Shown: one piece after another, positions 24,645-35,429 of the stretch
Position numbering within the stretch: position 1 is the first letter of the stretch
Layout of the letters: each line of letters opens with the position of its first letter
Source of the DNA: Octopus bimaculoides
Taxonomy: Eukaryota
Length of the DNA: 50,741 bases
Reading direction: 5' to 3'
Assembly (NCBI RefSeq): GCF_001194135.2
Contig: NC_069003.1
Coordinates: 1,786,057-1,836,797, forward strand
Notes under the pieces: model-generated
Seen by the model: only the letters and a program-made list of their open reading frames with translations
Told to the model about the DNA's origin: nothing
Databases searched by the model: none
Made by a program: the position numbers and the translations under genes

Positions 24645-24860
24645 GGAACGGTTGCCAGCTGGTAGAATCGGTTGCACACCGGACAAAATATTTAGCGCTA
24701 TTTTGGCCGTCCTTACGTTCTGAGTTCAAATTCCACCGAGGTTGAATTTACCTTTCATATTTTCAGGGTTGATAAAATAAGTACAAGTCAAACACAGGGT
24801 TGATGTAATCGGCTTAACCCTGCCCCGAAATTACTGGCCTTGTGCCAAATTTTGAAAGCA
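24645..24860 (+). mobile_element. SINE family A copy
   Basis: AGCTGGTAGAATCGGTTGCACACCGGAC; GAGTTCAAATTCCACCGAGG; tail GGCCTTGTGCCAAATTTTGAAA. Confidence 0.85.
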
Positions 24861-24864
24861 AATA

Positions 24865-25140
24865 TTACAACAACGTAACTGTAGCAACCCAGTAAAAACT
24901 ACAATAGAACACCACTAACAACAACAACAACAACATGAACTGAATGACAATAACAACAGTAGCAATGGAAAGGTGAAAACACATTAGCAACAAGACAGCA
25001 AACACAACGGCGTCAACAAGACAAAAGACACAATAGCGACAACAAGGCTGCAACAGAATAGCAACGACAATACAACAAACACAATACCATTAGCAAGACC
25101 CACTAGCAACAACATTAATACAGCACCAATGATGCAAACA
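24865..25140. repeat. Degenerate (CAA)n
   Basis: Directly visible. Confidence 0.85.
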
Positions 25141-25834
25141 CAATGCAAACTATCTCGGTGAACGTACTGCAGCGATTGTAACTTTGTTGGGACTCATATT
25201 CAGAAAGTATATCGATATATTTTAAATAACAATTTGGCTATCAGTTTGATAATTAAGCGACATCAAGTACATCTAGTAACCCATTTCCTTTCCTGGTGAT
25301 CAAGCTGATTGAAATAAACTAGTAAAACGAAAAAACAGCCCACTGTAGAACTAAATAATAAATACAGCGACATGGTTCAGACATTGAATAGTAAGAGGGA
25401 TTTTTTCTCTTCGGCACAATTCCACTGAAGTCTATATTGCCATTCATCCCTTAGAGGGCCAATAACAAATGTTAACCCCCACGTCAGGACATCGGGCGTG
25501 TTATAGGAGGCCTATACAACTTCGACTCTTCGCAAATCACAAATTTTCTTTTGGTCCGCGGGAGCAACAGCCTTCAAAGTCTTATATCGCCGTTCATTGC
25601 TCAAAATAAGGACAGCTGACAACTTATGAAGCGTCGATTTTTATGTTACTTGTCTTGTTTTCCATTTGTTTCTCTCGTTCTTTGCGTACCCAACTTTATC
25701 TTCGTATTTCATATTACGCTTTATGAAGTCCTGTACCCATATATGCGTGTCGCACCAGTTGATCCTGTCTCCTCTCATCAACCACGAACTTCTGCTGCCT
25801 TTACTAGAAAGGATTGTTATTTTTCTTTTTAACT

Positions 25835-26075
25835 CATGTTTTGTTGGAACACCTGGACTCTTGCATACGAAGCGGTTTTGCTGCCTACAACCTGCGGTTT
25901 TATGATATCTGTTCTTTTCATCTAACTAATTATTGTCCTGATCATTCTGGCAGTGCCAAGGAGACAAGCTTTTTTAACAGTTCTACTGGACACCCTATTC
26001 CAATTTGTTTTATATTCCTCCTGTTAACATCTGATACTGTCTCCAAGAAACCAACAATAATTGACACTAGTCTTC
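25835..26075 (-). mobile_element. 3' end of an RLE-type LINE (R4/Dong-like), second subfamily
   Basis: The minus strand reads VSIIVGFLETVSDVNRRNIKQIGIGCPVELLKKACLLGTARMIRTIIS* (stop at 25922-25924), matching P(I/V)IVGALG...LQKA.LLGTARI.R. Confidence 0.75.
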
Positions 26076-26089
26076 TTCTTATTATTATT

Positions 26090-26225
26090 GTCTTTGCACA
26101 ACTTCTAACGTTGGAGATGTACTACGTGTCAGCTGTTCACCACCAGTGAACTAAGGTAACACCTCTTATTTTTCAAGCACCTTCCGGAGTATTCAAGCGG
26201 TTCCAAGCAGTAAGAAGGCTTGGAA
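26090..26225 (-). mobile_element. 3' end of an RLE-type LINE, same family as 6377-6560
   Basis: LLGTA*ILRKVLEK* plus a 3' UTR nearly identical to 6393-6480, ending in GCAAAGAC(AAT)n. Confidence 0.75.
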
Positions 26226-26892
26226 GGTGAACTTCCTTATTTTTCATACCTAGATATAGACATTGGATCGTCTCTTTACAAACCAAAGATGCTAGAATTC
26301 TACATAGTAATAGCAACGCCAAATAAGTAAAGCCAAATAAGTAAAGCCAAATGTTGTGTGAGTCGTCAGCTCAATAATACAGGCGGATGCTTAACATCAA
26401 ATGAAAAAAATATATATATTTCAATCGAATCATTTGAAACTCGGTGAACCCTCATCAAAGAGAAGGGTCGACAAATATACATAATACTTTCACTAGCTCT
26501 GTATCAAATAATTTGTTTAAATTAATGGATAAGAATCCACGATGTCAAACTGAACAAATCTGGCCTTGAACTTTCCTGCAACATCACTGAACCGCATAAT
26601 GAGAAACTAGGGTCACAAAATTGGCTGGAATCCGAAGCTATTTTATTGATATTAATATTCATGAGTGCATGCTTGTTAGCCATAAAAAGACTTTGAAGTA
26701 TTTACGTATGAATTTATGAATGCGTTTCTATCTGCTTAATTATAAATGCATATTTTATATTCACTTTCGTATAACCAGAGTAGATTACAAATGGTTTGAT
26801 GCCATTAACATCGTCCGTCTTTTATTTCATTCCAATTATATATATATAATGTGTGTGTATGTGTGTGTGTGTATACAGACATTTATTCTTTT

Positions 26893-27283
26893 ATTCTTTG
26901 ATTTTTTTCAGTCAATTGATTGTGGCCATGCTGGAGCACCGCCTTTAGTCGAAAAAAGCGACCCCAAAACTTATTCTTTGGAAGCCTAGTACTTATTCAA
27001 GCGGTCTCCTTTGCCGATCCAATAAGATACGGGGACGTCAACACACCAGCATCGTTTCTCAAGCGATGCTGAAGGGACAATCACAGACACACAAACACAG
27101 ACGCACAAAAGCACACACGCGTGCTTCTTTCAGTTTCCGTCTAACAAATCCACTAACAAAGCTTTGGTCGGCCCCAGGATATTAGAAGTCACTTTCCCAA
27201 GGTGCCAAGCAGTGGAACTGAACCCGGAACCTTTCGGTTGGTAAGCAACTTACTTACTACACAGCCACGCCTGCGCCTATGAC
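26893..27283 (-). mobile_element. Composite SINE (B head + internal CA repeat + C tail)
   Basis: Collinear with 13968-14352; head GGCGCAGGCGTGGCTGTGT...GGGTTCAGTTCCACTGC on the minus strand. Confidence 0.85.
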
Positions 27284-27446
27284 CACGCTTACGCCTACGT
27301 ATTATATATATGTTTACCTATCCACATATGTATATACATAAGTGTGTGTGCATAGATACACTTAAACCAAGGTATAAATAAAGACACAAACACACGCACA
27401 TACACCCCCACCACAGACATACATATATTCACGTAGAAAATTATAG

Positions 27447-27486
<40 letters not shown>

Positions 27487-27977
27487 NNNNNNNNNNNNNN
27501 NNNNNNNNNNNNNNNNNNNNNNNNNNNNNNNNNNNNNNNNNNNNNNNNNNNNNNNNNNNNNNNNNNNNNNNNNNNNNNNNNNNNNNNNNNNNNNNNNNNN
27601 NNNNNNNNNNNNNNNNNNNNNNNNNNNNNNNNNNNNNNNNNNNNNNNNNNNNNNNNNNNNNNNNNNNNNNNNNNNNNNNNNNNNNNNNNNNNNNNNNNNN
27701 NNNNNNNNNNNNNNNNNNNNNNNNNNNNNNNNNNNNNNNNNNNNNNNNNNNNNNNNNNNNNNNNNNNNNNNNNNNNNNNNNNNNNNNNNNNNNNNNNNNN
27801 NNNNNNNNNNNNNNNNNNNNNNNNNNNNNNNNNNNNNNNNNNNNNNNNNNNNNNNNNNNNNNNNNNNNNNNNNNNNNNNNNNNNNNNNNNNNNNNNNNNN
27901 NNNNNNNNNNNNNNNNNNNNNNNNNNNNNNNNNNNNNNNNNNNNNNNNNNNNNNNNNNNNNNNNNNNNNNNNNNNNN

Positions 27978-27978
<1 letters not shown>
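27487..27978. other. Assembly gap flanked by (TA)n
   Basis: N run. Confidence 0.99.
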
Positions 27979-28036
<58 letters not shown>

Positions 28037-28259
28037 TACATCTTCATTTATATATACATATATATACACATCTTTATATATCCATATATATGTATATAAG
28101 TATATATATGTATGTATTATACATGCGTATATGAATATGTATATATCTATATACGGATATATATATACATATATATATATATATATGTATATATACACAT
28201 GTGTTTGTATGAGTGTTTGTGTATGTTTCTTTGCGTGTGTGCAAGTGCATCTTTCTACG

Positions 28260-28302
<43 letters not shown>

Positions 28303-28329
28303 CCCACATCGTTCGCCTGCATCGCTACC

Positions 28330-29098
28330 ATTTCACCTGAAATCCTACTACTTCTACCAACTATTTACTGCACAATCTACCGCACCCTCCACACTAACGC
28401 TACTCTTACCACCCCAAGTACTACTACTGCTGCTGCCTACTGCCACTACTACTACTACTACTACTACTACAGCTACTGCTGCTACTACTACAACAAAACT
28501 ACTACTACTACCGCTATTATTGCTGCATTAACGCTCACCCCACCACCGCCACCATTGCTACAACTCTCACACAATTCATTACTCCTACCGTCCCTCTCAT
28601 TACAGTAACTCCCACCCCCTACCTCGTCTCATACTCCATTCTTCCTAATTCAACACGAACGATCTCAACCTCAATGTCCACACGCTCTACTACTATAAAT
28701 ACGACAGCAACAACAACAAAAACTACTACTACTACTACTACTACTACAGCCTGGTATAGTAATGAGGTTATACTATCACCGCAGCCACATCATTTCCTTT
28801 GCATGTCAACGGCAGCGATAACCTTTCGCTAGATAACATACCTGGGCGTTCCGAATGCTAGAAATAGCAGGTAACCACCTTCTTCAGATTCTGTAAGCTT
28901 GTCTTAGAAAGACTCATTATTCAATATGGTTCCGAGTTCGAGGCTCACAGAAACACCTACTTGATGGTCACATTTGGAATGCCTTTTAGTGATACATCCT
29001 CCCAGTCAGTGTTCGTCTGGGATCAACCATAACCAAAGACAACTACTACTACGGCTACTACTACTACTATTAGTAACACTGCTGTTGATACTGCTACT

Positions 29099-29139
<41 letters not shown>

Positions 29140-29143
29140 AACG

Positions 29144-29184
<41 letters not shown>

Positions 29185-29230
29185 CTCTACTACTACTACA
29201 AGAATTTGAACTGCACACCATCATCAACCA
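28330..29230. repeat. Degenerate (CTA)n/(CCA)n/(CTG)n trinucleotide region
   Basis: Several perfect (CTA)n runs in a C/A/T-rich background. Confidence 0.85.
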
Positions 29231-29431
29231 ACACAACAATAATCAAGTCTAGATTGCCGCTAGCATCGACACAACCGTCGCCCCCCTCCCCCACCCGAAG
29301 TCGGTGAATTCACTGCATTCCGTGCGTGTGTTCGCATACTTACATGCACAAAAACTTCACAACACATAATTTATAAGCACACACATACACCTACACACAT
29401 GTACACATTTTCAGCCGCGCATACACATATG

Positions 29432-29600
29432 CATAGCAGGAGTGGTTGTGTGGTAAATAGATTGCTTCTCAACAACCTGGTTCCGGGTTCAGTACCACTG
29501 CGTGGCAACTTAAGCAAGTCTCTCCTGCTATAGCTCAGGGATGACCAACGCCTTGTGAGTGGGTTTGGTAGAAGGAAACTGAACGAAGCTTGTCGTGTAC
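29432..29600 (+). mobile_element. SINE family B head/body, interrupted by a family A copy
   Basis: GCAGGAGTGGTTGTGTGGTAAATAG (A-box-like), GGGTTCAGTACCACTGCGTGGC (B-box-like), ...GGAAACTGAACGAAGCTTGTCG, then directly AAAGCGGTGAGCTGG. Confidence 0.85.
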
Positions 29601-29602
29601 AT

Positions 29603-29742
29603 AAAGCGGTGAGCTGGCAGAATCGTTAGCACTCCGGGCGAAATGCTTAGCAGAATTATGTCTGCCGTTACGTTCTGAGTTCAAATTCCACCGAGGTCGA
29701 CTTTGCATTTCATCCTTTCGGGGTCGATTAAATAAGAACCAA
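29603..29742 (+). mobile_element. SINE family A copy, 3'-truncated
   Basis: Well-preserved head and B-box. Confidence 0.9.
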
Positions 29743-29744
29743 AT

Positions 29745-30240
29745 TCGTGCACGCTGTGATGCCCTTCATGTGTGTTTCCAGCTAGGCTAACTTCGTAACA
29801 TCCATCTTTGAACAGGAACTTGAGCTCAATTCAGAAGGCTATGTGAAGCTGTTGGAGACTGTGACCAAACCCTGATTAAAGAGACCTGCAGCTGGAATTT
29901 TATTAAGGTCACATGTATATATGGCAGCACGATTGGCTTATTGCTACACATACGTCTGAAGTGGTTGAGGTAGTATCTATACAACTTCACAAAACCGAAT
30001 GACTGAACTTCTAATTCTATGGATTATTATATCTGGGGTGCATAGGTTGATAAAAACATTGATCGATGGGGCTGAAACACGAAGGCCGGGCTTGTGGCCA
30101 AGATCAAGGAGAGATTTGAAGATCTTCCCAGAGACACAGTTAGAAACGTATGCACCAAGTCCCGGAACCGCCTTGAGGCCGAGGTAGAAGTTGAAGGCTG
30201 ATACCTCGTGTAAACTGTTATCTTCCATAATTTTTCATTT
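29745..30240 (+). pseudogene. Tc1/mariner transposase catalytic and C-terminal remnant
   Basis: Frameshifted and stop-riddled translation: IFEQELELNSEGYVKLLETVTKP, YIWQHD (29916-29933), MDYYIWGA (30019-30042), NTKAGLVAKIKERFEDLPRDTVRNVCTKSRNRLEAEVEVEG*Y. These match the WQQD.AP.H, DY..W and RL.AV.EA.G.Y motifs. Confidence 0.8.
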
Positions 30241-31369
30241 TCTACAATACTTCTATTTTTGCTTAGGATATTTTGTTGTTTTTTTATCCTACCACGCAAA
30301 CAATCATATTTAGCTTCAACACGCTGTATGTTGTCCGTTTGTCGCTATAGTGGAACATACGTTGTGTTTATAGTGTATTTTGATCTATCTATAAATGTAT
30401 GTCTATAGATTACTGAAATGGAGACGGTGAATGTATTAGACTGTGTATAGATGTTGATGGTCAATATGTGCTTTTGATACTATGATGGTTAAGAATAACA
30501 TTGAAAAATGTTATGAGGTGTGTCGATGACTGGAGTTATCATGGTTAAATATAGACCAACACTGAGTGTACAGAAAATATTTGTTTGTCTTCAAGGTTTT
30601 ACTTTCTATATATTTCTCGTATTATTTGTGGATTTAGCAGACGTGATATTGACCTGTTAATACCCGAGATACGTTTGTGATGAAGTGCGTTTCGGGAAAG
30701 TTGGTTTAGATGTAGAATGTTGTCGTTCATACGAAAAGTAAAATTAAAATATTGTTGTTTGTGCATAAGAACTTGGATATTTGATAAAGATGTCTAAATT
30801 TCATAGGATTTCCTTGGAAACTTATTCGCAGCAGAATTGAACCAGCGAGCACCTGGTATTATTCGACGCATACAAAAGTTACACTTTCTTGACTTCGGAA
30901 TTAATTCGGATTCGTAACCATTTGACAATTATGAGTATATTAGTTGTAGTGAGATTAAGGAAACGTATAGGTGGCCCTTAATTAGAGATTATCGCTACGG
31001 TGTTTAAAGGTGAAGAGTAATGCGGAGCGCAGGGGAGGAATAGATAAGTTCCATCCTGTTTATGTAAATAGGAGGCAATTTGAAAATTTTTAAATATTGA
31101 TCTCGTGGAGGATGTTACAGTACATTTTGCATTATCTGTTTCTAATGGAGTTAGAGATGAATCTATGGAATGTGGTGTGGCCTATTTTAAGGAAATTCAC
31201 CTTTAAAGACCACAAATTTAATTTCCAACTGAAGCCATCCATTAGATTCATTAAACCGACGAAAAGTGAGAGACGTGTGAACGTTTCTTCCACTTTTACT
31301 ATCTCTAACTAATTATCTATGCATCTATCATATGGAGAGGGAGAGAAATTATGACGTATAAAGTATACT

Positions 31370-31402
31370 AAATATATATATAAATATATATGTGCGTGTG
31401 TG

Positions 31403-31486
<84 letters not shown>

Positions 31487-31570
31487 CGTGTATATATATA
31501 TATATGTTTTAATATATATTCATATACTTAATGTTATATATGTGTGTATGTATATATGCATACATATATA
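31370..31570. repeat. (TA)n/(TG)n
   Basis: Directly visible. Confidence 0.95.
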
Positions 31571-31749
31571 TATCGTGCCATGCGGACATTTATTGTGGTT
31601 TTAGAGTCAGGATTTGACTGCTATTTTTTCAGCGTGGTGGTATCTCTTGATACCCTGTATTATAATTTTAAATAATTATTACCTTTGATGGTTTTTATTC
31701 CCATGCTGACCACTTGATAAGATCAATATTTTAAATATCGATCTTATCC

Positions 31750-31782
<33 letters not shown>

Positions 31783-31811
31783 GATAGATAGATAGATATA
31801 CATATAAACAT

Positions 31812-32055
31812 NNNNNNNNNNNNNNNNNNNNNNNNNNNNNNNNNNNNNNNNNNNNNNNNNNNNNNNNNNNNNNNNNNNNNNNNNNNNNNNNNNNNNNNNN
31901 NNNNNNNNNNNNNNNNNNNNNNNNNNNNNNNNNNNNNNNNNNNNNNNNNNNNNNNNNNNNNNNNNNNNNNNNNNNNNNNNNNNNNNNNNNNNNNNNNNNN
32001 NNNNNNNNNNNNNNNNNNNNNNNNNNNNNNNNNNNNNNNNNNNNNNNNNNNNNNN
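31812..32055. other. Assembly gap with duplicated flanks
   Basis: 31563-31811 recurs at 32056-32304. Confidence 0.95.
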
Positions 32056-32242
32056 CATATATATATCGTGCCATGCGGACATTTATTGTGGTTTTAGAGT
32101 CAGGATTTGACTGCTATTTTTTCAGCGTGGTGGTATCTCTTGATACCCTGTATTATAATTTTAAATAATTATTACCTTTGATGGTTTTTATTCCCATGCT
32201 GACCACTTGATAAGATCAATATTTTAAATATCGATCTTATCC

Positions 32243-32275
<33 letters not shown>

Positions 32276-32479
32276 GATAGATAGATAGATATACATATAA
32301 ACATACATATATATGTATGTAGCTACATAAACAGATAGATAGTTAGATGGATAGATAGATAGATAGATATATCGATTGGTGTGTGTATACTTCGTACAGA
32401 CACACACACACATATGTATATGTGTGTGTGTATGTAGCCATATGTGTGTGTCTTTTCGATATTGCTGAGAGAAATACTG

Positions 32480-33515
32480 TTACGTACGGTTCAATTACCT
32501 CGAAAATCCTGTACAAATGAAATACATGGAGGTAAATATGAGATTATATAAATGGGCCAAATTTACTATAAAATACAGAAAATTATCTAAAATTACATAA
32601 ACAATAAACTAATAAAGAAATTTCGTTGGCGGATTATTTACGTCCAGGTATTAGAAAGAATTAATATGCTGGGAATAATGGAAAATTTAAGGGAGAGCGA
32701 GGTGTATACATCTAGGGATATATGATATAAGTAGAATGTAGAAACAGGATGAAAACTACTACAGAAAATTACTACAGAATAACAACAGTAAGGCTAGAAG
32801 TATAGTTTTATACTTCTCAGGAGAAACATATTTATTTAATGAGGAAATATGAAATAAACTTGGAAGATTTTATACTTATATAAGAATAATGTACAGGTGA
32901 TAAACTAATTGTTGTCCTGAACCAATGTTTGACAAGAGCAAAACCACAGAAAATCTTTGAATTTCGTGACCTAAAACGAAATTCCAAAATATACTAAAGC
33001 AAATGTATCTCTATAATACAGAAGATGCAGTGGAAGTAAGAAAGATGTTTGCCTTTCACTGCGCAGACGCACAAATACTCGCAAAAATAAATTGTGAAAG
33101 ATGGCAATATTAAGAGCAGTCTATGAAATGTATACAAAGAAACACTTGATCATATCATATCTGACTTCGCATTATTTATAAATTCTGAATATACAGCTAT
33201 GAATTGGCAACTATGAGCATTGAATAGCATGATGTATCCTAGCCCTAACGAACGATAAAACATTACATAACATTGGGTTGGCCATAAAGATCTCCCATTC
33301 CTGTCCAGAATGGCAAGGAGATAAAAGCATGCATTCCAGATATAACTATTAGGGATAAAACTGAACAAGATCCCTTCTGAACAAATGTTTGTACGAAAAA
33401 AAAAAAAAAAAAAAGGGAGATTGTGTCAAACTGTCAGAATCTTGTTATAGGATTAAGAACGATTTGGGGTAAGGAATAAAAAGACCTATCAATTTTAAAT
33501 GGAGCTTTAGGTGTG
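32480..33515 (+). pseudogene. Fossil RLE-type non-LTR retrotransposon (late RT, Zn-knuckle and restriction-like endonuclease regions)
   Basis: Motifs occur in the correct order across frameshifts: a YxxLGI-like motif at about 32705; ETLDHIIS..SEY (33139-33190, CCHC knuckle region); QNGKEIKACIPDITIRDK (33306-33359, compare TDR.I.ANRPDI..KDK); and EIVSNCQNLVIGLRTIWG...ILNGALG (about 33418-33512). Confidence 0.7.
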
Positions 33516-33989
33516 AAACTAATATTATAAACTAATACATACATCACATCAAAGCTCGTAACTTTCCTCAATTCCACCGACAACAATGTTAGGCCCAAAC
33601 TACAGCACACCCACAGCTTTTCTCAGTTCGATAGCACAACTAAAACATTATACTAGGTACACAGAACATTATACTTTCATCATAGCAGACTTTGTGGAAA
33701 TACCATTCTTAGTTTAACTCATCGCGTAACCAACACAGTCACCATTCATTAAAATAACGCACCGCATACCACTTGAATAATCGATGATTCTTTCGCATCA
33801 GTATTTGACACAACACATTCTCCATCATTGCAGCCTATTAATATGTAATAACAAATTATTAGTAGCACAATTACTGCCGGGGAGTGGAACACATCACACC
33901 AATCACACACCGCAGCGGGAATCATTGAATTAATATGTAAAGCAGCTTAGCGTTCTACTAAGACGTGTACCGTTTATGTGAACAATAAG

Positions 33990-34205
33990 GAGGGGCTGAG
34001 CTGGCAGAATCTTTACCGCACCAAGAAAAATGCATAGCAGCATTTCTTACAACCTCACGTTCTGCGGGTCGACCTACGCCGGGTTGGACTTCCCTTTTCA
34101 TTCTTTCGGTATCGATAAAAGAAGTCACAGGTGAGCACTGTTTTCAATGGTATCAACTTATCCCTCACCTGTAATTGCTGTCCGTGTGCCACAATTGGAA
34201 ATGAA
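33990..34205 (+). mobile_element. SINE family A copy, diverged
   Basis: GAGCTGGCAGAATC head; TTTTCATTCTTTCGGTATCGATAAAA; tail GTGTGCCACAATTGGAAAT. Confidence 0.75.
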
Positions 34206-34336
34206 TATAAATACCAGGTAGGTCTAGTGCAACAAGATGAAAGCTTTGAATTTCAGGTGAAGCTCTTCCGATTATGTTCTATAAATTCCGACTAGCCGAG
34301 CCTATGATAAACGCATGTACTCAAGATGATCATCTT

Positions 34337-34400
34337 GTAGGATGGAACCCTAAATCAGGACCTCACATTTGCGAAACGAAGAACCTAACTACTCGGTCAC
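34337..34400 (-). mobile_element. tRNA-derived SINE head remnant
   Basis: The minus strand GTGACCGAGTAGTTAGG..TTCGTTTCGCAAATGTGAGGTCC has an A-box-like motif and an anticodon-arm-like region. The B-box is decayed and there is no acceptor stem. Confidence 0.35.
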
Positions 34401-34608
34401 ATATTTGCAACCGTTCACCTTATTTCCACAACGTGTGAAGCCTTGAAATGCAGCCAGCAACAACAACCCACAATACATGTTGCAGGGGTAATGCATATCT
34501 GCATCCTCAAACGTCGAAGTTGCATGCACTTAAGCAACTTATAGCTGCAACATGTAATGCAGTGAAAGAATATTGCATAACAATTTTGAAGACAATATAA
34601 TAATGGTT

Positions 34609-34822
34609 AAGGCGGCGAGCTGGCAGAATCGTTAGCACGCCGGGCGAAATGCTTAACGGTATTTCGCCAATCACCGCGTTCCGAGTTCAAATTCCGCCGA
34701 GGTCGACTTTGCTTTTCATCTCACCGAGGTAATCAAATTAAGTACTAGTGAACGACAGGTGTTGGTCTCATCGACAATCCCCTTCTCCAAAATTTCAGGA
34801 CTTGTGCCTATAGTAGAATAAA
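34609..34822 (+). mobile_element. SINE family A copy (among the best preserved)
   Basis: AAGGCGGCGAGCTGGCAGAATCGTTAGCACGCCGGGCGAAATGC; GAGTTCAAATTCCGCCGAGGTCGACTTTGC. Confidence 0.9.
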
Positions 34823-34828
34823 TTATTA

Positions 34829-34890
34829 AAGCTGTGAGCTGGCGGAATCGTTAGTACACTGGGCAATACACTTAACGCTATTTCGCCAGA
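34829..34890 (+). mobile_element. SINE family A head only, tandem to the previous copy
   Basis: AAAGCTGTGAGCTGGCGGAATCGTTAG...TATTTCGCC. Confidence 0.75.
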
Positions 34891-34894
34891 GGTG

Positions 34895-35185
34895 AATTAT
34901 CCAAGCCCCAAAGAATTCCTCTCAGCACATGGCTATGATGCTCCCCCACTACTTCTGCTCGTGATCAGAGATGCACATATCGTCAGCCACAAAGGGACAT
35001 GTTCAACTGGTTAAAGTCAAGCAACAGACAAGCAAATCTGTGGTATTGAGCACAATATTTGCTGTAGCCCATCTTTTATACCAAGACAAAACAACGTACA
35101 TGATAGCATTTCCAATCAGTTAAGATAAGTAACCATGAGAACCACTGCCTGGTACTGCATCAGGGCATTATTATTATTATTATTA
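34895..35185 (+). mobile_element. Retroposon family E ending in a stem-loop and (TTA)n
   Basis: About 270 bp homologous to 39625-39836, ending ...CCACTGCCTGGTACTGCATCAGGGCA(TTA)n. Orientation is inferred from the tail. Confidence 0.7.
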
Positions 35186-35429
35186 TGACAATGCTGGCAA
35201 TCACGGTAATTATAATGATACTGATAATTATTATAATGATAAAACAATTAATACATAATGTGCAGATATTTAGTATAAAAAAAATAAAACTCCAAAGAAA
35301 ACAAAAAAAAAACCTGCACCTTTGTGTGAATGTTGATTGGTCTGACGTAAGTGACGTCATTCTTAGCTTTAATGAGTTATTTGCAATAATTGATTTTTAC
35401 ATAGTTGCAGTAAAAATGGTATGTTAGTG

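Noticed and set aside
34322-34337. Perfect 16-bp palindromes here and at 19026-19041, and a 19-nt near-palindrome at 7361-7379
   Set aside because: Arms of 8-9 bp are expected about once or more by chance in 50 kb of AT-rich, microsatellite-rich DNA.
34609-34700. tRNA genes at SINE heads
   Set aside because: A/B-box-like motifs are present, but there is no closable cloverleaf or acceptor stem and each head continues into a shared SINE body.
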